Shown one piece after another: positions 1 through 13,100 of a DNA stretch of 59,151 nt. A program made the translations under genes and the position numbers. Under the pieces are notes generated by a model that had not been told where the DNA came from, made no database searches, and worked only from the letters and a program-made list of their open reading frames with translations. The stretch's first letter is position 1. Every line of letters starts with the position of its first letter. The DNA comes from Macrostomum lignano (taxonomy: Eukaryota): NCBI GenBank assembly GCA_002269645.1, contig NIVC01000910.1, positions 74,394-133,544 of the forward strand, written 5' to 3'.

Positions 1-2440
1 TGGGCTCTGAAATTCTCATTTAGAAAAAAAACGCACTAAAATTGACTTCAGATAAAAAAAAGAGAAATAAAAAACACATGAAGACAGCAGCAGTGCAGTA
101 GAGGAACCAGTCGGTCAGTTTGTTATAACAAAATAGCAGTGCAATCGCAGCAGGCAAACTACAAGCATCGAACAAAGCGACCTAAAGCAATGTATACGCT
201 CGTAAGCTGAGAAAAAAGGTAAATAATTACACACTATCAGGTGTTAAATATACTGTTTAAACTACATGACAACATTGACATTCTGCAGCAATGATCGGCA
301 AGCTTTCTTACCCCAAGGGCCAGATGGAGAGTATTGCTCATGGCTGTTAAGATTTTGGGACGACCCCTGCTCTACATGAATGTGAGTAGAATTATAAGTT
401 TAATTAAAACATCTCAATAAGCTTAATTAACAGGATAAGATCGGCAATGATAAATCACTAAGTTATGCTGCTAATACATTTTAGAGACCTGAGAGAGGCT
501 TGTTATTAAACACAGATACAACACTACAGTAAGTAAATGTAAGTACAAGCGTTCTAAGAACTTCGGTAGGATCACACGCTGATTAGAGGTATATATTGAC
601 GAAAAAATGTTTACATAATACAATAATAAAGCGAAATAAGTTGCGCTGCTACAGAGAAGAATAAAAATGAGAAAAAACTCGAAGTACATAAAAGTGCGCC
701 AACACAACACAATGTTAATATAATCAGATTTCGGTGATTAATACGAGTTTAAATTTAATAAAACGATTCACTGTGTCCAGAGCATATTATTTAAAAAAAA
801 TCACATGCAAAAATTGTTTTATTTACAAGTGAAGAATCAGGTGGTCACTAAAAAATAAGGAATTTAATGAGTTGTTAGTTTTTTAACACGGAAATACGGG
901 GTTGCGGCAGTTTCGTCAGGAATTGCGCTGCCAATCAGCTTGTCATCGGAGTAAATTAGTAACAGTAGATCAAATTAATCAGCAATAACTTTGCAGGGGC
1001 ATAGGAGGGAAAATGCGACCGCAATTTCATATTGTAAATAGATTCTTACTCAAACCTGAGCACATTTACAGATGCTCAATGACGCGCAGAAGGGTTATAG
1101 TTAAAATTGTCAGTCTTTGTTGCAGAAAAATAGCAACTAATAAATCTTAAATATACATTGTGCTGTCAGATTCCAAGGCCCTGGGGAGGGGCAAACAGTC
1201 TTTGTTCACTTAAATTAAAGACTAGCTGAGGCGGGCGTTAACTGGCAAATTATTAAAAGCAGTTTTTATTGAAACATCATTTTTTTGTTTTTTTTACAAG
1301 ACATTTTTAAATAGAAAAATAGCAGTAATCAAAGCATTTGATCGGTTTTGCATTGCTATTTTTGCTTTGCAGCCTGCTAAAATGTTTGTTCGGCTATAAG
1401 TAGTATATAAATATAACTAGCTGTTCTATTCAGAGAGACAGCAACACACTCTGGAATGCAAACCAAACACGCACACATGCGGCCGCAGCCTTCAATCTAT
1501 TCAAATTCTATTGACAATCTGCCCCAATTTTGCAGATTGCAAATTACTGCTAGAGCGCAGATGAACGCAGATTTTAATTATGTTAAACGTGCTCAGGAAA
1601 AGCTGAACTGTCACCCTGAACTGTCACGGGCTTCTTGCCTGGTGCGCTGGCCTCGTAGGCGTCCTGCGGGCCAGTTCAGAAATAAATCAATTAGTAAAAT
1701 TTAAATGCATATCAGTTTACTAGAAATGCGCGGTCAAACTACTGAAAATACAAAAAAAGGAAATATGGATGCCTTAATAACGAAGGCATACACCGGAAAA
1801 CAGTAATTTACAGTGTAGCGGTGCACTATAAATTTTTTGCTAGAACGGTAATGAGTTGCTTACATAATCTTCTGCTATGCTACTTGCAAGTTGGTATAGT
1901 TCTCAGGGATATTTATAAATATTGCTGAATGCTCATGTTTGAGTCACCGGATACAACCCAGAGATTAAAAACAGTTGTCAATCAAAAAATGTTTCGCCCG
2001 CCCTTGACCCCCATAGCAACTAACGCTATAATCACAACCACACGGCAGTCACTGGTGCACGCAATTCATAATTGTTTTTTATGATCAAAGTCAAACAGGA
2101 AAATCATGATTTTCGAACACGCAATATTGAACTATTTCAAAATATTTTCAGATCGACCTTTGCATTGAATACAATAGTGGCTAAGTTATTGTACGGTATA
2201 TGCAGACAGATGCATTAAGAACTTTTCAATAAAACGAAAAAAAGAATTTATTGAGACACAAAGAGGAAAAGTGGCATGCAAACTGCCCCCCAGCACAAAA
2301 CTCTTGATTAAGAAAGAAAGCTCTCACGAAACAGACTGAATTATATATACATATACACACGTAACTAATATTAATAATGCCTCTAAAAGTGCTTGACACA
2401 ATTAAGCTGCAAAATTACATTATCTATTAGCTAAAACTGA

Positions 2441-3410
2441 ATCGATCACGTGATCATTTTGGCTGGACATGGCACCATGACTCATCTATTATTCTATGAC
2501 TGCGGCTGAATCGATCACGTGATCATTTTGACTGTACATGGCTCCATTACTTATCTATTAGTCTATGACTGTAGATAAATTGATCACGTGATCATTTTGA
2601 CTGTACATAGCTCCATTACTTATCTATTAGTCCATGACTGCGGCTGAATCGATCACGTGATCATTTTTACTGTACATGGCTCCATTACTTATCTATTAGT
2701 CTACGGTTGCGGCTGAATTGATCACGTGATCATTTTACTGTACATGGCTCATTACTTATCTATTAGTCTACGGTTGCGGCTGAATTGATCACGTGATCAT
2801 TTTTACTGTACATGGCTCCATTACTTATCTATTAGTCTACGGTTGCGGCTGAATTGATCACGTGATCATTTTGACTGTACATAGCTCCATTACTTATCTA
2901 TTAGTCCATGACTGCGGCTGAATCGATCACGTGATCATTTCGACTGTACATGACTCCATTACTTATCTATTAGTCTACGGTTGCGGCTGAATTGATCACG
3001 TGATCATTTTGACTGTACAAGGCTCCATTACTTATCTATTAGTCTACGGTTGCGGCTGAATTGATCACGTGATCATTTTGACTGTACATGGCTCCATTAC
3101 TTATCTATTAGTCTACGGTTGCGGCTGAATTGATCACGTGATCATTTTGACTGTACATGGCTCCATTACTTATTATTAGTCTACGGTTGCGGCTGAATTG
3201 ATCACGTGATCATTTTGACTGTACATGACTCCATTACTTATCTATTAGTCTATGACTGTAGATAAATTGATCACGTGATCATTTTGACTGTACATAGCTC
3301 CATTACTTATCTTATTAGTCCATGACTGCGGCTGAATCGATCACGTGATCATTTTTACTGTACATAGCTCTATTATCTATTAGTCTGACTGCGGCCAAAT
3401 TGATCATCTG
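2441..3410. repeat. About 59-60-bp minisatellite, about 16 copies, each with the palindrome GATCACGTGATC
   Basis: Unit approximately GCGGCTGAATTGATCACGTGATCATTTTGACTGTACATGGCTCCATTACTTATCTATTAGTCTACGGTT. Confidence 0.95.
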
Positions 3411-4186
3411 ATCAATTTTAAAGCACAATGCAATAGCAGCTCTCTAGGAAATCGTCTATAGGAAAACACACACACGAATAGCAACAAAAAAACCTGTGTG
3501 CAAAGTCAAAGAAGTGAAGACTGAGGGAAATATTGTATATAGCAATGAAAAAAATATGTTGCAAACATAAAAAGCGACCACAACATTAACTGGCATGCGG
3601 GTTGTCGATTTTAAATATTTTATTATGTCCCCCTGTCAGGGTTAAAAGGCTGTTTATGGTTGGCGGCCTACCTGATCTTGCAAAAGATCACTCGATCAAG
3701 TTAATTTGCAAGGCGGAACCAGGCCTGTTACGCTGCCTGTGTGTGCGTGCTTATAGATCCTAAAAAACATATTTGCCCCCTCCTAGCCCAAACAGAACAA
3801 AAAGATAGTGACAGAAAGTGAGAAATGATAAATAGATCGATATAATCTGAGACAGAGAGCAGGAGCTAAAAATAGAGCTAAACTTATTGCACTCAGACAC
3901 ATTTGCTAGGCGACTAGGCATAACAATATTTAAATTACAAATAAAAATGACACCTCAAATATGTAATAATTATATAATCATATAGATTCACTCTGGAATT
4001 CATTGCGCAGCTTCTGAATTTCAAGATATGAAGACAGGAAAGAAAAGTCAGATAGATGCTTGAGGCGCTGACTAAATAAGAATTTTACATATACAATATA
4101 TACATACTATGCTTACTCCCCTATCTTACTACTTTACTAATATGATTATAATGAATAACAGGACTGGTCCCGCAGCATATTAACTA

Positions 4187-7100
4187 TCAGACTGCCGTTG
4201 AGGGCATGTCGTCCAATTTCTTGGCGGGTCCTCGGCGGTCCTGCCATTTCGGAGGGGGAGGAAACGGGTGTCGTTTTTGTGCAATCGGTGCCTCTTTCTG
4301 CTAAAATGGATCAGCAATGCCAAGTCGCAATGCGCGCACACACAGGGGGGGGGGTGCTGAATGATCAGCATTCATGTTGATAATAGAGGAGAACACAGAG
4401 AAGAGCTGATAGACTTGCGACTTTGAAACAGCAATTACTTATAGCTTACTGAATTATTCTAGCAAGCGCATAAAGCACGATTTGAACAAGGTGGCCATCC
4501 CAGCTGCATTTATAAGTTGAAACTGTTAGAGCCAACGGCATAGCCAGTTAGAAGGCGGCACACACGTAGATATTACATAAAGAATTGTTATAATCAATTG
4601 AAACAGTTAGATCCATCGGGCATCAAAACTACTAAGAACATGTAGTCAGGATTTTTAAGAAAATATGAAGAAAAGTTGCATTTATAATTATGGCAATAGT
4701 TTTCTATGACACATTACACTATAGCACAGTCAGGGACATTATGATAGACATTAATATTAATAAATAGACAATACAGTTGACAAAAAACACTGAAAATCAT
4801 CAACAAGCATGCCACCAGTGAGACAAAAAAACAGACAACTCAAATATAGTAAGTAAAAAAATAAGGCAATCTGAGTGCAATGGGTCGGTGCTTAAATCTG
4901 TGGCCCAATTTGACTGAGGATTGACCAAAGGGTGTTTGGCTTATGAGAACTCACCGCATCATTCTGGCCAACTTTGTCGTAGCGTTTGTCGTTGCCGCTG
5001 AAATTGCGTTGCGGACAATGGATGGAGAATTCGGATGGAGAACTGTACTATTCTATCATTTTGGCAAGGCCAGAAGGGGGCAGGGTTGGGGACAATGTTG
5101 TGCAATGTTGTCGAACAAAGATGGAGGTAACTGACTAAAGCGTACACAGATTTGGTGGCAAATACGAAACTGACAGCGACACGATAATATAGTACATTAG
5201 TGGAACTAAAACTGCTACCACTACTATTGCTTATTGTAGACACTTGTGGGTTCCGTATGGTGGTTTTCTGTTCCATATGATGGTTGTGGGTTCCGCATGA
5301 TGGTTGTGGGTTAGGCATGATGGTTGTGGGTTAGGCATGATGGTTGTGGGTTCCTTATGATGGTTGTGGGTTCCTTATGATGGTTGTGGGTTCTGTATGA
5401 TGGTTGTGGGTTCTGTATGATGGTTGTGGGTTCTGTATGATGGTTGTGGGTTCTGTATGATGGTTGTGGGTTCTGTATGATGGTTGTGGGTTCCGCATGA
5501 TGGTTGTGGGTTCCTTATGATGGTTGTGGGTTCTGTATGATGGTTGTGGGTTCTTTATGATGGTTGTGGGTTCTGTATGATGGTTGTGGGTTCTGTATGA
5601 TGGTTGTGGGTTCCGCATGATGGTTGTGGGTTCCGCATGATGGTTGTGGGTTCCGCATGATGGTTGTGGGTTCTGTATGATGGTTGTGGGTTCTTTATGA
5701 TGGTTGTGGGTTCTTTATGATGGTTGTGGGTTCTGTATGATGGTTGTGGGTTCTTTATGATGGTTGTGGGTTCTGTATGATGGTTGTGGGTTCTGTATGA
5801 TGGTTGTGGGTTCTGTATGATGGTTGTGGGTTCCGCATGATTGTTGTGGGTTCTGTAGTGATTGTGGATTCCGTGAGATGTGGGTTTCGTAGTGATCTAT
5901 GTCATGGTTGTGGATTAAGTTTTGTAAGGCTGGGGCAAGGTGGTAGTTACATGGGGGGGGGGGCTACGCACTTGGGGGAAGGGGGGCTACGAGAGGTTGC
6001 GGTTGCAATCACTATCACTGACTTGAGCTGTTGTTCTTCACGCAGTTAACAAAACTTCCAGTTGGGACAGGTAGCAGTATGGTACTATATAACTATATTT
6101 ACTATATATAATAATACTAAACTTAAACTAAAACGAAGGCTCGCACTGGCAATGTACGAGTGTACTACAACATCACTTAACTGAGGACTTGGATGACAAA
6201 ATTAGTTAGAAAATGCACAACTGAAATTTCACTTTTTGAGACAATAAAGTACTTAATCGTGCTTTCAAAAGTAAATTAATTATTAATAATAATAATAATA
6301 ATTCATAAAGCCATGCAATTTTATTAACTTTATTTTCAGTCATTATTAGCATTCCAATTGCGAGCAAATCTATCTATACACATAAACTAATGGACTAAAT
6401 CTAGCACAAATTTAATTTTTTCATGAAATGTTCGCGGCATACTACTCACCCATTCTTAGGCTGCGAGTTGCGTCGCTTCAAAGCGATAGCTACGCCGGAC
6501 ACGATCACAATGAAGACGACCACTACAGCGATCACAATGCCAATGGTGATCATTGCCGAGTTTGGTGCTGCAATTGGCAAGTAGGTCATAGTAAATGTAA
6601 AATTCATCGATACGAGCTCTATACAGTGCAAAGATTTGTTTTTATCGGTTTATTTACAGTGCTATGATAAATACAAGTTTATATAGTAAAAATCGTGTTT
6701 ATGTAGACGCAAGCATTAAAAAACACTTTGTTTTCCCTTTTGGCCGTTTTGCCTCAAATTATAAGCTAATAACGCGAAACAAGCCTACTAGCAGTAGCCT
6801 AGTTGGGATGCAAGTTTCGATACGGGTGACGAGAATAAGCAATTATTGTAAAGCGATACGCCATGGGAAGGCCGGATAGGGAGATCTCAAAATAAAGAGA
6901 CTGCAAGGCGTCAAGGCCGCTTTATCCGAAATGGGGCCAATCGCGTAGGAGAGAGGGATCGGAGAGGGGGAGAAAGTGGGGCACGGATAGTGGGAGGGTG
7001 GGTCTCGCCTAACACCCGAAATCCCTACGCTGCCCGACTCTTTAAAAACTAGCTCTTTCCGTCTCTGGGCCGGCTGTGAGCGCAGATCAGTAGAAAGAAT

Positions 7101-10100
7101 AAGGCTCACCCTGCAGTCTATCAGCAGAGCAGCATGAGGAATTAGGCTGGGGGGAGGGAGGGATGAAGACGTTGGTGAGGGGGGGTCGTCTCAAGCCTGC
7201 GCCTGAGGATGGAGACGGAGATCGCAGCACATGACAAGTCGGTCGGGGAGGGGTTAGCCTAAAAGTACAAGCGAGGAGGCCGCTGCTCATCCTATTTCCC
7301 CCCCTCTCTCTCTCTTTCCTCGACATCCCCCGTTTCAGCCAGCCCGGGGGGCAGCTCCCAAGAGAGCCCCGGCGCGAAAGCAACGAAATGCAGGCAGGTC
7401 GCCACGCCAGCGTGGGCAAAAACAGAGAGGGAGAGAGAGGGGGAAAGATTCGGGTTGGGAAAAAGAGGAAAAAAGAGGAATGCTCAAGCAGAGGCCCACT
7501 CAAGCCAATTGCAAGAGAGCCCCAGGAAGGGGTAGCAGAAGCAGCAGCGCTTGACTGACTCGAGAAAGGAACGAGTATAGAATGCGGATTGAAATTAATG
7601 TTGAAGCCGCAGGCTCGATACTTTAATGATACATACACGAGTGCTGCATCAATTCGATCCCCGAAGTCCGAAGTGGGAGGAGAGAGCTGGGAGAAACACG
7701 CACTTGGGGGAGTGCTTTTCCCATTTCTAGCCAGTTTATACCACGAGCGCTTTTCCTATACACGGCAGCTGTACCACCACTAAGTGCAAGCATAAGCCTA
7801 TACGAGCTATTCGTACGCACACATGCATATAATCTTAGCTAGCTAACGAAAGCTATATTATAAACAGGTGCAGCAGAGGGTTCCTAAGCCCCGCGCGCAT
7901 CCTGTCCGCACTAACTGAATGAAAGAAAGGAAAAACTGCATATAGGCTTGAAATATATACATGTATAAATGTCGGATACGATGAGGAATGACAGATGAGG
8001 GAGGCTGACTGCAGATGAATATACTACGTCCCACGGGCCTTTCTCTTTTCTCTCCATTCATTCCTCATCTCATCTCCTTTCTCGCCTCTCCCTTCTACCC
8101 TCTTCTCTCATCTCCTTTTTCTTTTTCTCTGCATCCTTTCCTCTCTCACCTGACCTGCAGCCCTGAGCTGGATTCTTTATCTGCTGGCACTTGAGATAAA
8201 AAAAGGTTTACTGACCCCTGATGTAAAGTCAAACCTTGGTGAAATTTTCCAGAAAAATCTGGTGACAAATAAGTTCATCTAATTTTTCTTGGCACTGGCT
8301 TGAGAAAAGCCCCCTTTCTAGGCCGCAGTTCCGAGCGGAGCCAACCGAGAAACGCGAAGACTTGATGACGCACAAGCCCTGCGAAGGCCACAGAGACTGA
8401 GACGGGAGAGAGCAAAGAAACATAAAAAAGGCAATTAACTGCTCGGTCCAATTTCTAATGGCATATATCTTTGCCATCCCCGGAGGGCAGGTTTTCTCTC
8501 TCTCTGCTGTATATCCCAGCTACTAAACTTGACTTTTTTACTTCCCTTTCCTCCAATGCCAAAGCCAACACGCGACAAATGGGATAATTCTTCTTCCGTG
8601 TCCCCAGAACTTGCCACTGTAGGTTCAAAGAACTGTCAACTATTTTCTTAGGCGTTTTGGTCTGAATGAATCACTGTCGTACACGCCCGGTGCTGCCTAC
8701 CACCTGGTCTATAGTGTATCCGTAGGCTAAATATAACTTGGAAGACGAAGCTGAACTCTGCAGCCCAGTCCAGCGAAAATAGAATAGAAAAATAACAGAC
8801 AGTAAGAAAAGGCGGGCAAGCGAGGTGGAACAAATCCACTGCTGCTTCTGCTACCGCCTCCCTTTTCAAAGGAATTCCTTTTCTACATGCAAAGCGGAAT
8901 CTCTTGCGGAGGCATTCCTTCATTTTTTGGCCACTCGAAGCACAGTTTTTATCTGCAAACTGTTCAAGCCCGCAAATTAGGCAGAATTTTTCACCTTTTC
9001 AAGACCTGACACTTCCTTGGCCTGTTTGGCAAAACAGCGTTGGAATATATGAATTGCGCAGTTAAGTTTTGCTCTTCAGCACAGACAGGCAATCGGGGCG
9101 CAGAGAAACTCGGCCAATTACAATCAAAGCTTCTCTACACAGGGGACTAATTAACAAATTCGGTTCGAGGCAAAGTGGCCTGGCCAGCCGCCGAATTCCC
9201 ATCCAAAATCTTCTCAAGAGAGCAAAAATTGGCCAAAGTATCGACTTAACGAAAACACTCTTCTGCTAGTTTATTTACCAAAACCGAGTTTGGTTCCTTC
9301 TTTTAGCAAGCTGATTTCTATTGCGTCTTGATTTCCTATGGCTTTCTATCAATTTACCGTTCCACTCACGCTAGCTCAAACGGACGAGTGAGCGCATTAG
9401 CCAGAGTCCGATATACCGATACTGGATTCTAACCGGGGCCCAGAATCTCTATTCCATCTTCTGAATAACAGCCTCATCTGCTTTCTAATGATGCCGCTCT
9501 TATTCCGCCTGAATCGGTCCTCTCCGTCAGTCCCCTATCAATCTGGGAAATTTTCCCGTCCAAGCCGCCTAAAAAGTTCTGCTTCCCAGTCTCCGCAGCC
9601 CTATCTAGGGGATGTCAAGCCGAGACTTAGCCGACTACTAAGGACAGTTCGAGACATCGCGCATTCGTTCTATTTCCATCACCCTTCTTCTACTGCTGTT
9701 GCTCTTCACGAAAGTTAAGCTAATCCCCCGATCAGATTGGGCCAGCAATCAGTCTGCGCCAGTAGCTGATTGCCACAGATAGACAGATAACAGGAGATGA
9801 AGAGGGGAAAGAGGGGGGGGAGAAATTAGAAGACGGCAAGGACGACGACAAAAAGTGCAGCAACCAGTAAAAAGCAGATTTTAAAGCAGTTCGATTCGGT
9901 AGCGAAGATTTTGTTCAAAAGTAAGATAGAGCACACTTCTGCCGCTTCTAGAAGAACCGGTTTTCTATCCCACGCACCAACAGTCGCTTTTGTTTTACAC
10001 ATTTAGCAAATAGTACTGAGTATACGTACGCTTCTTCTACTATTCATCTATGAGCTCATGCTGTGAGTTGGGCGTTATCGTTTCTCTGTCCTCTCTGTCT

Positions 10101-13100
10101 GTGAATGCTGGTTCAGTTAGACAGGCATTGTTAACTTGAGCATCCATTGCTACTGCGGGGATTCAAGTAAGAGATAGATATACAGTAGTGGAAGTCTACT
10201 AAATACAGTACAGGCGCGCCAGCTATTTACCCTAGTGGCAGATGAAGAAGAGGAAGAGCTGCGGCAGTGAGCAGACAGCTGGGTGGTCCATGAGCACTGT
10301 AGCAATGCCCACATAGTACTTATTCTAGCCAGATCTCCAACACACTGTGCTTATCTAAACAAAGAATCCGAAGCAAGTCCATATACGGCATTGACAAGCC
10401 CTTGAAACTATATGCGCGATGATTGAACGAAATTGCGCAGCAATTAACTCGCTTAAAAAGCGGAACGGCTTGCTTAAATTATATCCCCGCTTCATAGTGC
10501 TAATACTTAGGGAATGCCAATGTTATTAGCAACCCAAAGTGAAAGGCCCGGAAAAATAATTGCAGTTATCACTAATTAGCATTCAGCTAGCGATAAGAAA
10601 CTGTGGCTCTGCTGTATAGCACCTACCTAGATCAGATAAGGCTTCAGTAAATCAGCGCAATTTAACACCTTCACGAAGGATTTTTATACAGAAGACAACC
10701 CTGCCTTTTGGTTTGGGAACAAACAGGGTGGGTCAGCTGCTTGATTTGGAACCAAATAGGGAGTGGATCTTATGGTATGGTTTCAGGAGGGCGGTTGTTG
10801 TGGCTTTGATTTGGAAGGAAAGGGGCGGGTTTTGTGGCTTGGTTTCGGAAGGAAGGGGCGGATGTTGTGGCTTGGTTTCGGAAGGAAAGGGGCGGATGTT
10901 GTGGCTTGGTTTCGGAAGGAAAGGGGCGGATGTTGTGACTTGGTTTCGGAAGGAAAGGGGCGGATGTTGTGGCTTGGTTTCGGAAGGAAAGGGGCGGATG
11001 TTGTGACTTGGTTTCGGAAGGAAAGGGGCGGATGTTGTGACTTGGTTTCGGAAGGAAAGGGGCGGATGTTGTGGCTTGGTTTCGGAAGGAAAGGGGCGGA
11101 TGTTGTGGCTTGGTTTCGGAAGGAAAGGGGCGGATGTTGTGGCTTGGTTTCGGAAGGAAAGGGGCGGATGTTGTGGCTTGGTTTCGGAAGGAAAGGGGCG
11201 GATGTTGTGGCTTGGTTTCGGAAGGAAAGGGGCGGATGTTGTGGCTTGGTTTCGAAAGGAAAGGGGCGGATGTTGTGGCTTGGTTTCGGAAGGAAAGGGG
11301 CGGATGTTGTGGCTTGGTTTCGAAAGGAAAGGGGCGGATGTTGTGGCTTGGTTTCGGAAGGAAAGGGGCGGATGTTGTGGCTTGGTTTCGGAAGGAAAGG
11401 GGCGGATGTTGTGGCTTGGTTTCGAAAGGAAAGGGGCGGATGCTGTGGCTTGGTTTCGGAAGGAAAGGGGCGGATTCTGTGGCTAGGAGCATCTTGAATT
11501 GAAGAATTCGAGTTGCTCAAACAGAACTGCCCACCATTTCTCAATTATGTATCATATTTTGCAGCACCCGCAACTGTCTATAATGTAATTTCTACAACGC
11601 AGCCTATATACGCGGTTGTTTCCTCCAATTTCCATTTTCATGAAAAATACAGTTGGTCAACGTAGCGCTCGGCTCGACTTGCCGCCTCCCTTGGGGGGGG
11701 GGGACCTCAAGTCAAACTAATAGACAGCTGAGCGCGCTGGGATAATGGGAAATGTGCGTGGGCGCGACTAGTTCTAGCTATCTAAGAATAGTGGACGGGA
11801 CTGACTAGGGAGAGTCAGTTGGTTAGCCAAAGGATGAACGCGTCAAGAGCGAACCGCTGCGGGGCATACTGGGAGGCATCTGCCTTGTAGGTCCTGTAGG
11901 CGAGTGTGTCAGCACTGCGAGTGGGGCGAGTGGACAGGAGCGGCGGTAGGGGGGGAGGAGGGAAAGCGAGAGAGAGAGAGAGAATGGATGGTGGGCGGAG
12001 GCGCCCGTAAACGGAGTGTGAACGAAGGCCTAGAGAGGGTCAAGAAGCCCTTGAAATCCCTACTAGTTCGCTCTACCACAATTCCCCAATCCCAATTTTT
12101 ATACCAGAAGGCCGGTTTGTTCGTTTCAATCCATGCAGACCCGCCCGGCCTTTAAAATATAAAAACTGGACCGCCTCCCAGTGGCCCGAGGTGGGACTGC
12201 AAGCGAGGAAGGGGGAGGTGGGGAGGTGAGCGTTGTTACGTGATCCGCAGCGTACGCAGGACCCGCCTGTACATAGGAAAACTCTATACATCTATTGGAA
12301 GAAGGCGCCTTTAAACGTAATACATTTCTATCCACCTCTTTAGGCTTTAGATTAAGCAGCTGCTTGGCTGAAAAGAAGAAGAATAATAAAGGAGAACGGA
12401 GAGCTGACTCACTCCCCCCTCCCCCAATATTTTCCATCGCTTCCCATCCAGCCGATCCCAATCCACAGATGAGCACAGAGGCGACTGTCTGCAAGCGACA
12501 CAAGGAAGGATAATTCTGTAGGCATACAGCGATAAGGGAGAGAGATAAAAGAAATTAGATCTGAGGGGAGGGGGCATGCTAAACCCTTCGGATGAGCCAA
12601 GCAGGCCAGGCTTGCAGAGGAATTAACTATTAGACTTTTTTCTGATCCACTGCCAGTGAGGGCGGCGGTTCGGTTGAATTGCGCGAATTGGGTGGAGGAT
12701 TAACAGGCGGAGTGGGGTTGGGGGCTGCACTGCAGGTGCAGGTGAAGCAATAAGCCCTGTTAATCTCTACAAGGTACCTGCTTATTCTCCCTCCAAACTG
12801 CTCAATTTCCTTAACTTTCGTTACTTTTCCCTCTGCTGAGCAGGGATTTCGAATCTACTCACGTACTCCCGTGGGAGCAGGCCAAAGGGTTTCTAAAAGA
12901 ATTTATTGGGGAATATTCTGCAGGCCAGGTGGGACTTGGCAAATCCGGGGATCAATTGGGGATGAAGAATAGGGATATACGATTAGTTTCAGGTAGAGAG
13001 AAAGCCCTAAAGCCAGGGCGTGACAACCCATCCCATCCGATGTAACAGGCTTTCCAATTAACGGATAGAAGGCTATATGAAAAAACACAGCCAGATGGCC

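Noticed and set aside
10713-11544. Six overlapping ORFs of 97-253 aa on both strands
   Set aside because: All derive from the stop-poor 34-bp minisatellite.
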